DNA of 64,000 nucleotides from Octopus vulgaris (Eukaryota): NCBI GenBank assembly GCA_951406725.2, contig OX597828.1:29698001-29762000 (forward strand), read 5' to 3'. Positions 1-12,921 of the stretch are shown here, piece after piece. The translations under genes were made by a program, and so were the position numbers. Position 1 is the stretch's first letter. Each line of letters opens with the position of its first letter. The notes below the pieces were generated by a model that was given only the letters and a program-made list of their open reading frames with translations, ran no database searches and had not been told where the DNA came from.

Positions 1-99
1 AGGTAGTGTTTTGGGCCTTTTTCATTGTCTGGAATAGGTGTTTCCATTTCTAATATTTACATGAAAATATTAGCTGTCACATTAGAAGTTCGTTTAGTA

Positions 100-295
100 T
101 TAGGTACAGTTCTATATTTAAGAGATGAGGAATTATATACATTAGTTACATTATTTACATTCGACGGATATTTCTCCTCATCTTGTTTGTTGTTAACACA
201 ACATTTCGGCTGATTTACCCTCCAGTCTTCTTTAGGTGTCTTGGGGAAATTTCGAACCTGGGTTCTCATTCCTAAGGTATTTTTCGATGTTGTTG

Positions 296-328
<33 letters not shown>

Positions 329-417
329 TTATTGTTAGTGTTCAGATCAATGCTTGAAATGGAACTCGGAATCTTGGGGTTAATAGCCCGCGCTCTTAAC
401 ATCTACGCCATATGCCC
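100..417 (-). mobile_element. PLE terminal-repeat unit (tRNA-like head + (AAT)n + degenerate hammerhead), inverted copy
   Basis: Reverse-complement match to 848-1095 and same-strand match to 39645-39911. Minus strand reads gggcatatggcgtagatgttaagagcgcgggctattaaccccaagattccgagttcc, then (AAT)n, then gacac-CTAAAGA...cagcc-GAAAT-GTT-gtgtt. Confidence 0.75.
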
Positions 418-423
418 ACGAGT

Positions 424-822
424 AACACAACACTTCGCCAATATCTTCTTCGAGTAAAACCACTAATAGAAAAGAATGTGACCAAAGACTGCGTGTACTC
501 CTTCCCATGCAGCTGTGGTAGGTTATACAAAGGCTAAACATGCCGCCCCCTCAAAATAAGGGTAGACGAACATCGCAAAGCTGTGACACGAGTAGATATT
601 GATAAATCGGGTATAGCTGATCATGTATGGAAAAATGGAGATCACCTTCCCCTGTGGGATGAAGTTAAAATTATAGACGGAGAACACCACTGGAAAATAT
701 GAAAACTAAATGAAGCAGCACATATGCTAGGACTGAACAACCTCCTAAGCAGACCGAGTGGAGATATGAGCAGAATATGGGAACCGGTATTAAGGAAGGA
801 TAGAAAAATATTAGAGTTATAA
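424..822 (+). pseudogene. Penelope-like element GIY-YIG endonuclease relic
   Basis: One frame reads NTTLRQYLLRVKP...KDCVYSFPCSCGRLYKG*TCRPLKIRVDEHRK...SGIADHVW...WDEVKIID...WKI*KLNEAAHM. This fits the CVY/CxC/YxG/EH pattern of PLE GIY-YIG domains. Stops at 535 and 700. Confidence 0.88.
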
Positions 823-847
823 GCCCTGAAATTCACTCCATAATTGC

Positions 848-1095
848 CCACGGGTATATGACTTAGTGGTTAAGAACACGGGCTGAACACTAATAATAGT
901 GACCTGAACACTAATAACAAGCAGTGACCTGAACACTAATAATAATAATACCATCAAGAAATACCTTTGGTATGAGAACCCAGGTTCGAAATTTCCCCAA
1001 GACACCCGAAGAAAGCTGAGGGGTATATCAGCCGAAACGTTGTGTTAACAACAAACAAGATGAGGACAAATATATGTCGAATGTAAATAATGTAG
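848..1095 (+). mobile_element. PLE terminal-repeat unit downstream of the GIY-YIG relic, with hammerhead-like motif at 1001-1046
   Basis: Truncated tRNA-like head, then gacac-CCGAAGA-aagctgaggggtatatcagcc-GAAAC-GTT-gtgtt and an aatgtaaat tail. Confidence 0.75.
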
Positions 1096-1520
1096 TATTA
1101 AGTAGTTTAGAATTTCTTTATTTTCAAGTGGTTCTTTTTTTTTCTTCCAGCCAAAATATGAGACCACACTATGTTAGACACAAGAGTAGACATTTTTCGG
1201 GTGTTAAGTGGCTGAGAAATTATCTGTGAAAAAAGTGTAAGATGCATGTGTAGATAAGATTCTTAGTTAGAAAGGAAAAATTGCAAGAAAAAAGAACCAA
1301 GAAATAGCAGGATGAGAAACTAGACTAATACATTTGCAGGCTTTAATTTTGAGGAAAAAAAAAAAAAAAATTGACGTGTTTTATTTGTTACTGACAGAAA
1401 ATTTTTTCTGTCAATTTTAAATGGGTTTCGAACGTTTTATGTTTCAGACTGTAGCTGCTAATTTATAATTTTATTTTATTTGAGAAGATATATCTTATAT
1501 CAACTAGAGCGTGGAAGGCT

Positions 1521-1815
1521 CTTGTTATTAGTGTTCAGGTCACTGTTATTAGTGTTCAGGTCACTGTTATTAGTGTTCAGGTCACTGTTATTAGTGTTCA
1601 GGTCACTGTTATTAGTGTTCAGGTCACTGTTATTAGTGTTCAGGTCATTGTTATTAGTGTTCAGGTCACTGTTATTAGTGTTCAGGTCACTATTATTAGT
1701 GTTCAGCCCGCGTTCTTAACCACTTAGCCATATACCCGTGGGCAATTATGGATTAAATTTTAGAGCTTATAAATCTTATATTTTTCTATCCTTCCTTAAT
1801 ATCGGTTCCCATATT
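1521..1815 (-). repeat. Inverted PLE fragment with 21-bp tandem array (ttattagtgttcaggtcactg, about 8.5 copies)
   Basis: Array at about 1524-1705 explains the LLLVFRS ORF. 1705-1815 is the reverse complement of about 770-885. Confidence 0.85.
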
Positions 1816-1979
1816 CGTCATTCATAATCAGAAAAACTGTTAATTTCTCTTAGTGCAACCGTATCAGTGTCCAGCTCACAGTTAAAGCGACGAAAAAGTT
1901 CACACCCAATAATAATTGTTTGAGCAAAGCAAAGGGGATTTGTGTGTATTTGAATGGCTAATGTGCTTCTGTCAGGTAA

Positions 1980-2195
1980 GGCGCCGAGTTGGCAGAAACA
2001 TCACAGCGTCAGACAAAATGCTTAGCAGTATGTCTGCAGACTTAACATTCTGAGTTCGAGTAACACCGAGGCGGACTTTGCATTTAATCCTGTCAGGGTC
2101 GATAAAATAAGTACCAGTTAAATACTGGAGTCGATGTAATCGACGTACATCTCACACACCGAAATTGCCGGTCTTGTGGCAAAATTTGAATTCAA
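1980..2195 (+). mobile_element. tRNA-derived SINE family B, diverged
   Basis: ggcgccgagttggcagaaac...gagttcgag...gccgagg(c)ggactttgc...ggtcgataaaataagtacc, matching the copies at 27090 and 40671. Confidence 0.75.
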
Positions 2196-3202
2196 TATCT
2201 TGGCTTTGTGTTCTCTTCCATAAAACTTATACGTGTGTGTGAGTGTATGGGCGCGTATATACATATAATATGGGTGTTAACACGTATGTATTCATATGCG
2301 TGCGTGTGCATGTTTGTATATAGGTATATATGTATGTTTATGTATGTTTGAATGTATGCACATTAAACAACATATGTTTTTATTCGTTTTGTGAATTCCA
2401 TTAGAGTGATATGAAATTGCTGAGACGTTAAGTTAACCCGATGAAAGTATCAATATGACCTAAAGAAGAATGGCTCTCATAAAATTTCATTAGAAGTTAA
2501 CTAACAACGTGTGTTTTATTTGTTCAGCTCTCTATAGCCCAGGAAGAGCCAACAAGAAGCCAAAGTAATGTGTTCTAAGTTAATCATTATACGAAGACCA
2601 AGTTTTCATTAATGCCCTAACGGCCAGCTGGGTTAGGTAACATTATCTTATGTTTGTTTTGTTTAGTTTTCTTTTTTAGTTTTCTTTTTTAACTTCTAAC
2701 CACGACTGAACATTATAAACTTTACTCTGGAGTACCATAATTGTTTCGTCTCCTTTTGTACCAGCATCATAACGGTTGGTTGTGTAAAGAGTCTAAAATA
2801 GCTGTATAGATGCGGAATGCATACTGATACAACAAAACAATGTTTAAGCAACCTATTGGTAAAGAAGATATTTACACGAAGATTTATGATTTGAAAATAA
2901 ATGTAAAATCAGCGCGATAGTTTTTTCGACAAACCGAGCTGAATCAATATTTATTTTCTTGCCATCGTTCTAATATGTAAATAGAACAATTACTCCCGCA
3001 GCTATTTCATAGTGGAACACAAAGAACATATGTGTGATGTGTGATGATTACTTTTACGAAATGTAAAGATTTGTATGAGAGTCTTACAATCCATCTATCG
3101 TTGCAGTAAAGTAAACGGCTGGGTGCTAATAAGTTATTTATCAATCACTTCTCCTCCCTTACAACCTTCTTGCTCCAGTCCATCTCCACACCCTAAAACA
3201 AA

Positions 3203-3418
<216 letters not shown>

Positions 3419-5645
3419 AAAACATTGTATCTTAGGGCGTTGTGGTAGAGGGTACCGGGTGACTTCGAAACGTATATAACAGCGAACCAAAAACCATTCT
3501 ACTTCGTGAAGAAGACACGTGATCATTAGTTTGTATGACAAGAGACCCTCTTATCTCTCCTTTGCAATAACATCTTTCAGCAAATAAAAGAAGGTAGAAA
3601 CTTTGCTAATATTTTTGGTATTGAATTATTTGTAACGGTATGAAACCTTTGAGTAAATATATCAACGTTATTTCACCGTTGTTTGTTGTTTCGTTTTGAA
3701 TGTTCTTCATGCTCTAGAGAAAAATAATGTGAGATCCATTCAGACCATTCCATGTAGTGATCTATCGTTAATGCTGCAGCTTTGCACTTTTGAAAAATAA
3801 CTTATCATTTCGAATCTACGTTCCAAGTTTTATTTATTTTTGATATCCCTCTTTTTTATTTTGTTTAGAGAAGGGTCGTTTTTGTTTTAACACTGTGTAT
3901 GTGCGTGTGTATGCGTATGTGTGTGTTTTGCGCTTCGTTCTGATATGTAGAACTTTCTGGTTTAAAACTTTGCGGAATTTTTTTTTTACACAGGTTGTGC
4001 TAGAGAGATAAGCTTCAATAATAACATCCATCAGAATTTTAAGAAAATCTATAAAATTTGATAAATGTTAGTTTTAAATTAAAAATCGCCTAAAAATTTC
4101 TACAATTTTATCGATGAATTTTACTTTTAAATCTTTAAAATTCCTGGTATTCATTTGCAATCCCACTACTGAAATTTTCTCTTTTCTTTTTTCAGAAAAC
4201 AAGAGGATTACTATCCTTAGAAATCTCGTACTCTTTATTTTTTAATCTGTTCCAGCAAAATACTTACACGAACACTTGAAGCTAAATATTAAACACAATC
4301 CTATCATTGCTATATTACTAGAGCTTCCAGCAAAGTCATTCTTAATCAAAAACTACAGTAAATATAAATTTAGATAGAAAATATCAGAAGCAGGATAAGT
4401 CGACTTAATTCAATTCCTGCAGCAGAATATGAAATTTAAAAGTTGTGTGCTGCGATTCAAGAGTGTATATACACGGAATTCTAACAGATAGCAATAGAAC
4501 TGTAGGGAAATATTGGAGGGGTAATTAATGATAATGAAACTATTAATGATGATAATCACATCCTACTCATGATACAGCACATGCTCGACAATTCTCTCCT
4601 TCCTTGGTGATTATTTTGTAGCATAAAAAACTGAATTTTGTCTTCCAAGAAAGATCGAAGTGTGTAATATATATATTCGACACATTATAACACATATTGC
4701 CAGATGTATTATAACACATATTGCCAGTTGTATTTGTCTGGCAAGTCATTCGATGTGAGATCATAGGATGGCACTAAAACAATCATAATGCAGCGGAATT
4801 TGAACTCAGAACGTAGAGACGGACTAAGTAGTTTGTCCGACGGTCTAACGATTCTGCCAGCTCGCTGCCTTACAAAACCAACACATTGACTGAACGATTT
4901 AGTCAAATTCTTCCAAAATAATGATCATTTCTAAGAGAAATTTATTGCAAGAAACAGCCAAATTCAGTCGAACTGTCTTGAACTGCCACTTATTGCTTAT
5001 TGGGGGCAGAAGGTGAAAAAAGATACCGGCCGATTTCCATGGAAAATGAACACGGAAACTAAAGTGGCATATGTACATAGGAAAGGTTCTTTGTGCGACG
5101 TTTTCTAGTAGCATCATCCATTGTACGGGGTAATAAAGGATGCATTCAAAGTTCAGGTAGAAGGCTTCATTCGAAAAACGTATTTCAGCTTCCACTCCAT
5201 CCCTGTACAACCAGCAAAAAGCCTGCAACTTAATCTGGGGGATGTGGGTCGGTCGGGAAGCATAAAGGATGTGTGTCTCGGGGGGCACAGAATCGGTTTC
5301 AGAAGAAGCTAACAACCTTTAGTAATTGACGACAAGAAAACAGAAAACCTAATAACGTTTGAATCTGATTGGACATTATGGAGGAGGTTCTATTCACACG
5401 ACATTCCCTCTCAGAAATTATGCACGGAGGAAATAGATGGATGGAACGATAATAATGCAACCTAAACAAAATAAACACCTAATAGAGATTTTACGTTCTT
5501 CTCAGCCTACTTGTCGCTAATCTCAGCCTACATACATGCAATTTGAAGTGCGTTTTATTGCTTAACTCCCGAGCCATCTCTGATTGATCTTGCCTGAAGT
5601 TGAATAGTTCCCAATTGCAGTTATCAAGTTTTTTTCATTTTTTCA

Positions 5646-6068
5646 GGCGCAGGAGTGGCTGTGTGGTAAGTAGCTTGCTAACCAACCACATGGTTCCGGG
5701 TTCAGTCCCGCTGCGTGGCATCTTGGGCAAGTGTCTTCTGCTATAGCCCCGGGCCGACCAATGCCTTGTGAGTGGATTTGGTAGACGGAAACTGAAAGAA
5801 GCCTGTCGTATATATGTATATATATATATATGTGTGTGTGTGTGTATGTGTTTGCTTGTCTCTGTTTGTTCCCCTAGCATTGCTTGACAACCGATGCTGG
5901 TGTGTTTACGTCCCCGTCACTTAGCGGTTCGGCGTAAGAGACCGATAGAATAAGTACTGGGCTTACAAAGAATAAGTCCCGGGGTCGATTTGCTCGACTA
6001 AAGGCGGTGCTCCAGCATGGCCGCAGTCAAATGACTGAAACAAGTAAAAGAGTAAAAGAGTAAAGAGT
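5646..6068 (+). mobile_element. tRNA-derived CORE-type SINE family A, full length
   Basis: A box tggctgtgtggt, B box ggttcagtccc, CORE-like cttgggcaagt, internal (TA)(TG) tract, (gtaaaaga)n tail. Near-identical copies at 27464, 60209 and 25358(-). Confidence 0.92.
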
Positions 6069-6759
6069 ACTGTTTACTCAGTATGTTATTCCCTTTTTTT
6101 TATAAGACGGTAAGATTTGATTTGAGGGAAATTTGCTTGCTATAGTTTGCATACCCAGAGACATGTCGATACTTATTTGGCTCACATTTTCTGATATTGT
6201 TTAGTTAATCTTTTTCTCTGGTGCTTGTTGTATGGATTGCCTCTCAAGAGAATTTGACCTCAGCCTTTCAAGGCAATGATAAATATGTAGTATGCTGGCA
6301 CATGCTTCTTCGGTATATTCATTAATTTCTGTATTGCATTGTGGGCACAAATTGGGTTAACTGTAAGGTTATCGGATACAGATTTGCAGCGATGCCGTCA
6401 CGGGTTACTTTGTTATTGAAGGCCAGAGTGACAGGTGATTGGTTCTCCAATACAATGCAGCACAGACCCCTCAAGGGATCAGTGAAAAAATATGCACACA
6501 CGCAAACATATACATAAGGTAGCGAGCTGGCAGAATCGTTAGCACGTCGGACGAATTGCTTAGCGGCATTTCTTCCCGTACCTATGGTTTTGAGTTCAAA
6601 TCCCACCAACACATACATATATACGAACTTACACGTGTACAGTGCATGTAAACATACAGACGTATAACAAGGTAGATTAAACATGTAAGAAACATTTAAG
6701 AAACATATAAGAAACATGGATTGAATAAACATGTAAGAAACATGTTGGAAAAATGATAC

Positions 6760-7210
6760 AAAAATGAAGGAACTGATAACAACCAATGTGTCTACAATGA
6801 AAACAAATATACAAATGGAGAGTTGCAGGAGAGGATGTCATACTCCGAGTTATACATTTTGGAAAGAAAAGTAAAAACATCAAAAGAACAAAGAGAAAAA
6901 GAAACGAGAGCAACACTAAATTTTTGATGTTTGTTTACTTTTTACTTACGCATGTTTTTTCATACGCACTTATGTGTATAATGGGAAAATTGTGGAAGCA
7001 GAGAAGTCACAATGCTCATCATAAGAAGTATACAATATCCGACATGGCTGGTAGTGAAGACTAACATTTCTCGATTCTTTATTTCTGATGATGGACATTT
7101 GTGTTTGAAATATATAAAGGTTATGAATTGTTTTTCTGTTTCGTATTTCAAGAAGCTGTCTGTCTTCACTATTTTGTTAAGGTATTTCTTTATCGCGATG
7201 CTTCAATCAA
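6760..7210 (+). mobile_element. Probable PLE 3' end with hammerhead-like motif at 7082-7120
   Basis: Frameshifted ELIT..C..NENKY resembles PLE ORF termini. Downstream: ttt-CTGATGA-t-ggaca-tttg-tgttt-GAAA-TAT-ATA-aag. Confidence 0.45.
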
Positions 7211-7231
7211 GTTTCAATACTGTTCTTTAAG

Positions 7232-7720
7232 TATGCATTCATGTATGTATGTGTGTATGTATGTATGTATGTATGTGTGTATGTATGTATGTATGTATGT
7301 ATTTGTGTATATATGTATGTATGTGTGTATGTATGTATGTATGTATGTATGCACGCATGTATGTATGTATGTATGTATGCATGTATGTATGTATATATGT
7401 ATGTGTGTGTGTATGTATGTATGTATGTATGTATGTATATATGTATGTATGCATGTATGTATGTGTGTATGTATATATGTATGTATATATGTATGAATGT
7501 ATGTATGTATGTATGCATGTATGTATGTATGCATGTATGTATGTATGCATGTATGTATGTATGTGTGTGTGTATGTGTGTATGTATGCATGTATGTATGT
7601 ATGTATGTGTGTGTGAGTATGTATGCATGTATGTATGTATGTATGTATGTATGTATGCATGTGTGTAGGTACATGTGCCAGTGTATGTGTGTGTATGTGT
7701 GTGTATGTGTGCGTGTGTAT
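7232..7720. repeat. (TATG)n compound microsatellite
   Basis: Direct inspection. Similar tracts at 10565-10760, 12071-12257, 17400-17537 and 51805-51895. Confidence 0.95.
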
Positions 7721-7958
7721 GCAAATAACAGGTCTTCCCAGTTTCCGTCAACCGAATTTCCATTCACAGAGAATTGTGTACGGCTGAGATATAACGGAAA
7801 GTAATTAGCTGGGCAGCCGAGCAGTTGGATTAAACCTGGGGCCAATGTATTTGTGAAGCGAAATCTGCTTCTTAGTGGCATAAAATAGCTTGAGAGACAA
7901 CATTGCTGTTACAACGAATTCAAAAGACACACACAAATATGCACACACACACAAATAT

Positions 7959-7997
<39 letters not shown>

Positions 7998-8969
7998 CAC
8001 ATAGACACACAGACACAAACAAGCAAACAGACACACCCACAAATACAGAGGAAAGCAGTTATATGAAAAGTCAATTATACACAAGGACACAAGAACATTT
8101 CAGTATTCGATTACTTTTTTTCATTATTGTAGATATTGAATAAAATATGATTTTGTTTCACATACGTGTAATGTGATCACATACATTAGGTTGCCATTGT
8201 ATTCAAGCGCTATAATACGAATTAATGAAAGACTTAAAATATTATTTGCATAATTAATTTCATGTGCATGTACAGCATCGACTTTCCTGATCCGTACTAA
8301 TTTACAAGCAGGAACTACAAATTCCAGTGGCCACCTGACTATTTCCCTGCTACCTTGTGCAATACGGTATTAATAGACTTGTATTGCTTATACTGATGTA
8401 CAGGTAATCTGTATTTCATTTAATTATCGAAGTAAATTAAATATTGGTTTAATTTAGATTACTTCGACAGTGATGATCACCCCTGGTTCAGAAGAGTCAG
8501 TCATTCGGAATGACTTTAGAACCAAATGTTCTGGAAAATTGATGTCATTCTATTATGTATCATTGCTGCTTTTATATTAAGAAAACTGACTTATACTTTA
8601 GTGAAATGTTTTTCCGAGCCGTAATTGCAATAATTTTTACATGTTTTCTTTCGTATGCTTTTATTTCCGATCCAACAACGGGAACCTATTATGTTATTTG
8701 AGTATTTCTAGTTTCCTTATATTTGATGATATAATCAACGAGTGAGGTTTTATTATATCACTCAAAATCTGAGTGTAACAGTGTGAACTGAAATTATATG
8801 CAAGCATATCTAAGGTATTGCAGTTGAAATTCAAATTGTACAGCATTGTTACACTCTCTGATTCACTGATTTTTCTTTAGAATTATGTTAAGGGATACTC
8901 CACCACTCGCACGCCAAATCAATGTGAGGGTATTTTCCTTGATCGAAAATATTGAATTCTAAACGTCGA

Positions 8970-9637
8970 AAGAAAGCTGACCAGAAAAGAAAGACACTAA
9001 AGAAAGCTGACCAGAAGAGAATTAATGCATTCGAGCTTTGGTGTTGGAGAAGGCTTTTACGGATTCCATGGACAGCGAGGCTCACCAATGGAGAAGTTCT
9101 TAAGCAGATCAGGCTGAAAATTTCGCTAGAAGCTAGGATCACCAAGCATAGATTGGCATATTTTGGCCATATTATGCGGAGAAAATCCCTGGAGAAGGAC
9201 ATCATGCTCAGAATGGTCAGTGGCAAGAGAGGAAGAGGCCGACCAAGAACCCGCTGGCTTGACACCATCAAGAGTGATACCGGAATGGACATAGCCAATC
9301 TGAAAGAAGCGGCCCAGGATAGAACTGACTGCAGGACACTGATCCATCGAGTAACCGAGAGTCGACTTCGCTAGAAGCTAGGATCACCAAGCATAGATTA
9401 GCATATTTTGGCCATATTATGCGGAGAAAATCCCTGGAGAAGGACATCATGCTCAGAATGGTCAGAGGCAAGAGAGGAAGAGGCCGACCAAGAACCCGCT
9501 GGCTTGACACCATCAAGAGTGATACCGAAATGGACATAGCCAATCTGAAAGAAGCGGCCCAGGATAGAACTGACTGGAGGACACTGATCCATCGAGTAAC
9601 CGAGAGTCGACTTCGATTGGGCGGATAGATAGATAGA
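8970..9637 (+). mobile_element. RTE-clade LINE 3' end with 245-bp internal tandem duplication and (GATA)n tail
   Basis: INAFELWCWRRLLRIPWTAR.TN.EVL...LAYFGHIMRR.SLEK.IML..V.GKR.RGRPRTRWLD is typical of RTE/BovB C-termini. 9122-9366 is repeated at 9367-9611. Confidence 0.92.
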
Positions 9638-10233
9638 AACGTCGATACCGACGGAGAACCATCGGGAAGTTATTTATTTCAATGGAAAGTTTGGTGTCTG
9701 TATCTAATATCTTGAGACACCATTGAGTGATTGCCTTGATGGGTTAAGCAAAGAGGTTCAACGAAAATAAGATAGCAACCAGGGGTACTATATTGTAGCA
9801 GAAGTTACGCCGAAGCTATTATGATATACCTTATAATAATATTTGTAAACTGGATAAATATCATTGAAACCTATTTTTCTTCTATAATGCATTAAAGATT
9901 TTGTACCTTGTCAATAAAAATCAATATGTCACAATCTCATCTGAATTTTCATTATTATTATTATTATTATTATTATTTTCGCGGAGGCGATGTCAAAAAA
10001 AAAAGAAAGAAAAAAAAAATCAAAAAAAGAAGAAAAAAGAAAACGGTGGGAGAAATGTATGTATTTTCCCCATGCGAAAATAAAGGGACTTCACAATTCA
10101 TTGGCAAACTCAAGTGAAGTATGAAGATAAAATGCTATAACTTATTTTAATATTGTGGGTTTTCTGGTAAATGTATTTATTTTTATATTTAATATTTCAT
10201 ATTCTTTTATTTCATCCCACTTACAAATATAAA

Positions 10234-10294
<61 letters not shown>

Positions 10295-10567
10295 TCTTTC
10301 TCTCTTTTCTCTTTCACACACACTTTCGCTCACACACAACCACACACACACACACATACACACGCACACATACTCACACCTTATGTACGTACATACGTTT
10401 GTATGTACATACGAGGATATCGAAGGAAAACAAAAAAATATGTGTATTGCACGAGGGGAGAATGAGAGGGATAACAAGGGATTGTAAGGCGCCTTTGTTG
10501 CTGTGACAGCCAATGGTTACAGTACAGAAGTGATGAGGTACGGATAGCAGGGCGGCGGCGTGCAGTG

Positions 10568-10598
<31 letters not shown>

Positions 10599-10678
10599 GT
10601 CAAGTGTACGTAAATAAATGTATGTATGTATGTATGTATGTATGTATGTATGTATGTATGTATGTATGTATGTATGTA

Positions 10679-10711
<33 letters not shown>

Positions 10712-10918
10712 GTGTGTATGTATGTACGTGTGTGTGTATGTATGCATGTGTGTATGTATATCGCAGTGTCAGTGGAATGGTGGGTGTGATAGGTATTTTG
10801 AGGGATTCGCTCCAATGTGCAACCTACGTCATTGTGTGCTTTCAATACGTATAGAGCAATGGGCTTGCGGGATATTGTGAATTGGGAGAATCAGAGATGG
10901 AGAGAGAAAGAGAAAAAC

Positions 10919-10969
<51 letters not shown>

Positions 10970-11329
10970 TAGGCGAAGTCAAAGTACGTGGAGTAAGAGA
11001 GAAAAGTGAAATGGAGAGACAGTGCGAAAGACGCCGATAAATAATGTTAGCGAAGGCATAGAAATGAACGTATGTAAATATACATTAACACATGAATAAG
11101 CTATAGAATGAATGTAGATATAGAAGTGTGTTTATCGTTTAATGTTTGTATGCGAATGCGACAACATCAATATATATATAGGAAAAAAATATGGAAACAC
11201 AAACAATGCAGAATTATATAAACGCATGCAGATACCCAATATGGTGTTTGCTTGCATATGTATGCAGCATGTTTAAATATGTAGGTATATATGCATGAAT
11301 GTATATATATGTAATATGTAACCACACAC

Positions 11330-11361
<32 letters not shown>

Positions 11362-11759
11362 CGTGAATGTGTATATGATGGCGAACTTGTTTGGAAAAGG
11401 GACTTTTATGCGTTTAAGTATATACATGTTTTAATATATTTAGATGGGTGCCTTAGGAGAATGAGGTAACACGCCAAAGATCACATGAATGAACCGACTT
11501 CAGAACAAACCTAGAAATATAATCTAGTATACGTATATATGTGTGTGTGTGAATGTGTATTTGTGTGCATATATCTATATGTATGTATGTATACATGTAT
11601 GTAAGTATGTATCTATCTATATATAAATGCATACACACACGATAATATGTGTGATTACAAAGTGTATGGGTGTATACTTATTTATCTTTCTCTCTTTCTA
11701 TCTATCTGTCTATCAATCTGACTTTCTGCCAATCTGCTTGCCTCTATATATTATATATA

Positions 11760-11810
<51 letters not shown>

Positions 11811-12069
11811 AACATGGTTTATATAACAAACATAAATTGCCATTGTACGTGTGTGTATGTTCCGCTTATATGTGTAAGTGTGAGTCGCACGCATGCGTGT
11901 GTGTGTGTGTATGTTTTACATGTACGTATTTTGCTATAAGCAGTGACATCTAGCGACCAAACTTTAATATGGCACAATAGTAGATGCGTCATCAATCAAA
12001 CATCTGTTGATCCACTTGTTAAAATGCATAGCATCGCCTTTGACAGAAACACATAAAAAGCCACGTCGA

Positions 12070-12100
<31 letters not shown>

Positions 12101-12158
12101 TACATACATACATACATACATACATACACACACACTCATACATACATACATACATACA

Positions 12159-12192
<34 letters not shown>

Positions 12193-12539
12193 CATACATA
12201 CATACATACATACATACATACATACATACATACATACATACATACATACATACACATGCATTCGCAAAATTTGGAACATTTCCTTTAAAATTTCTGCCGC
12301 ATGAAAATATTATAACGGGCATGATACAGATGGTCGGGAGAGAAACGAAATATCTAACAATAAAGAATGATACAAAAATAATGGAGGTTGGCCGACAGTT
12401 GCAGGTGAACACGTCGTCCAAAACCAGTTAGAAGGAAATATGCTTCGAAAACTTGAGTTTATACACACAGCATCTATACCTCTAATTAATAGGGTAATTG
12501 TTCAGTTTAGTTATATAAAAAAAGTAAATAAAAATTAAG

Positions 12540-12921
12540 GGGGAGATAAGTAGTAAAAAAAGCAAAGGGTCATTGGTTATTCAGTGGCATAGAGAGAGTC
12601 TCAAGAAAGTGTTTTTTGGTCGAAGTACCTGACCGCTCAAAAGAAACATTAACTAAATTGATACAAAGGTGGATTTTGCCTGGGTCTCACATAATCAGCG
12701 ACGGATGGCGAGCATATAATAACACTGGTATCCTCAATCACGAGGTGATTATACACCAATAACATTTTGTTGATCCTCATGATCAAGATGTCCACACACA
12801 AAATTTGGAAATTAAGTGGATGCGGGTGAAACGGAAGCTGAGACGACAGTTTGTTACATTGGACGAACAGTTTGTTTCATATCTGTATGAGTTTCTCTGG
12901 CGTAATTCCACTGAGAAATAG
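12540..12921 (+). pseudogene. Merlin (IS1016/ISXO2-like DDE) transposase relic
   Basis: Frame from 12565 reads KGHWLFSGIERVSRKCFLVEVPDRSKETLTKLIQRWILPGSHIISDGWRAY...H..IIHQ*HFVDP...VHTQNLEIKWMRVKRKL...SYLYEFLWR. One internal stop. Confidence 0.88.

Noticed and set aside
345-417. Functional tRNA gene
   Set aside because: No convincing acceptor stem. The sequence is embedded in a repeated element and the copies are diverged or truncated.
700-702. In-frame TGA in the PLE GIY-YIG as selenocysteine (as in Naiad-clade PLEs)
   Set aside because: It falls at a probable Arg position (CGA to TGA decay), the Cys codons are ordinary, and a TAA stop also occurs at 535.
3436-3486. cgttgt...GAAACGTA...acagcg hammerhead-like outline
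   Set aside because: No recognisable CUGANGA box.
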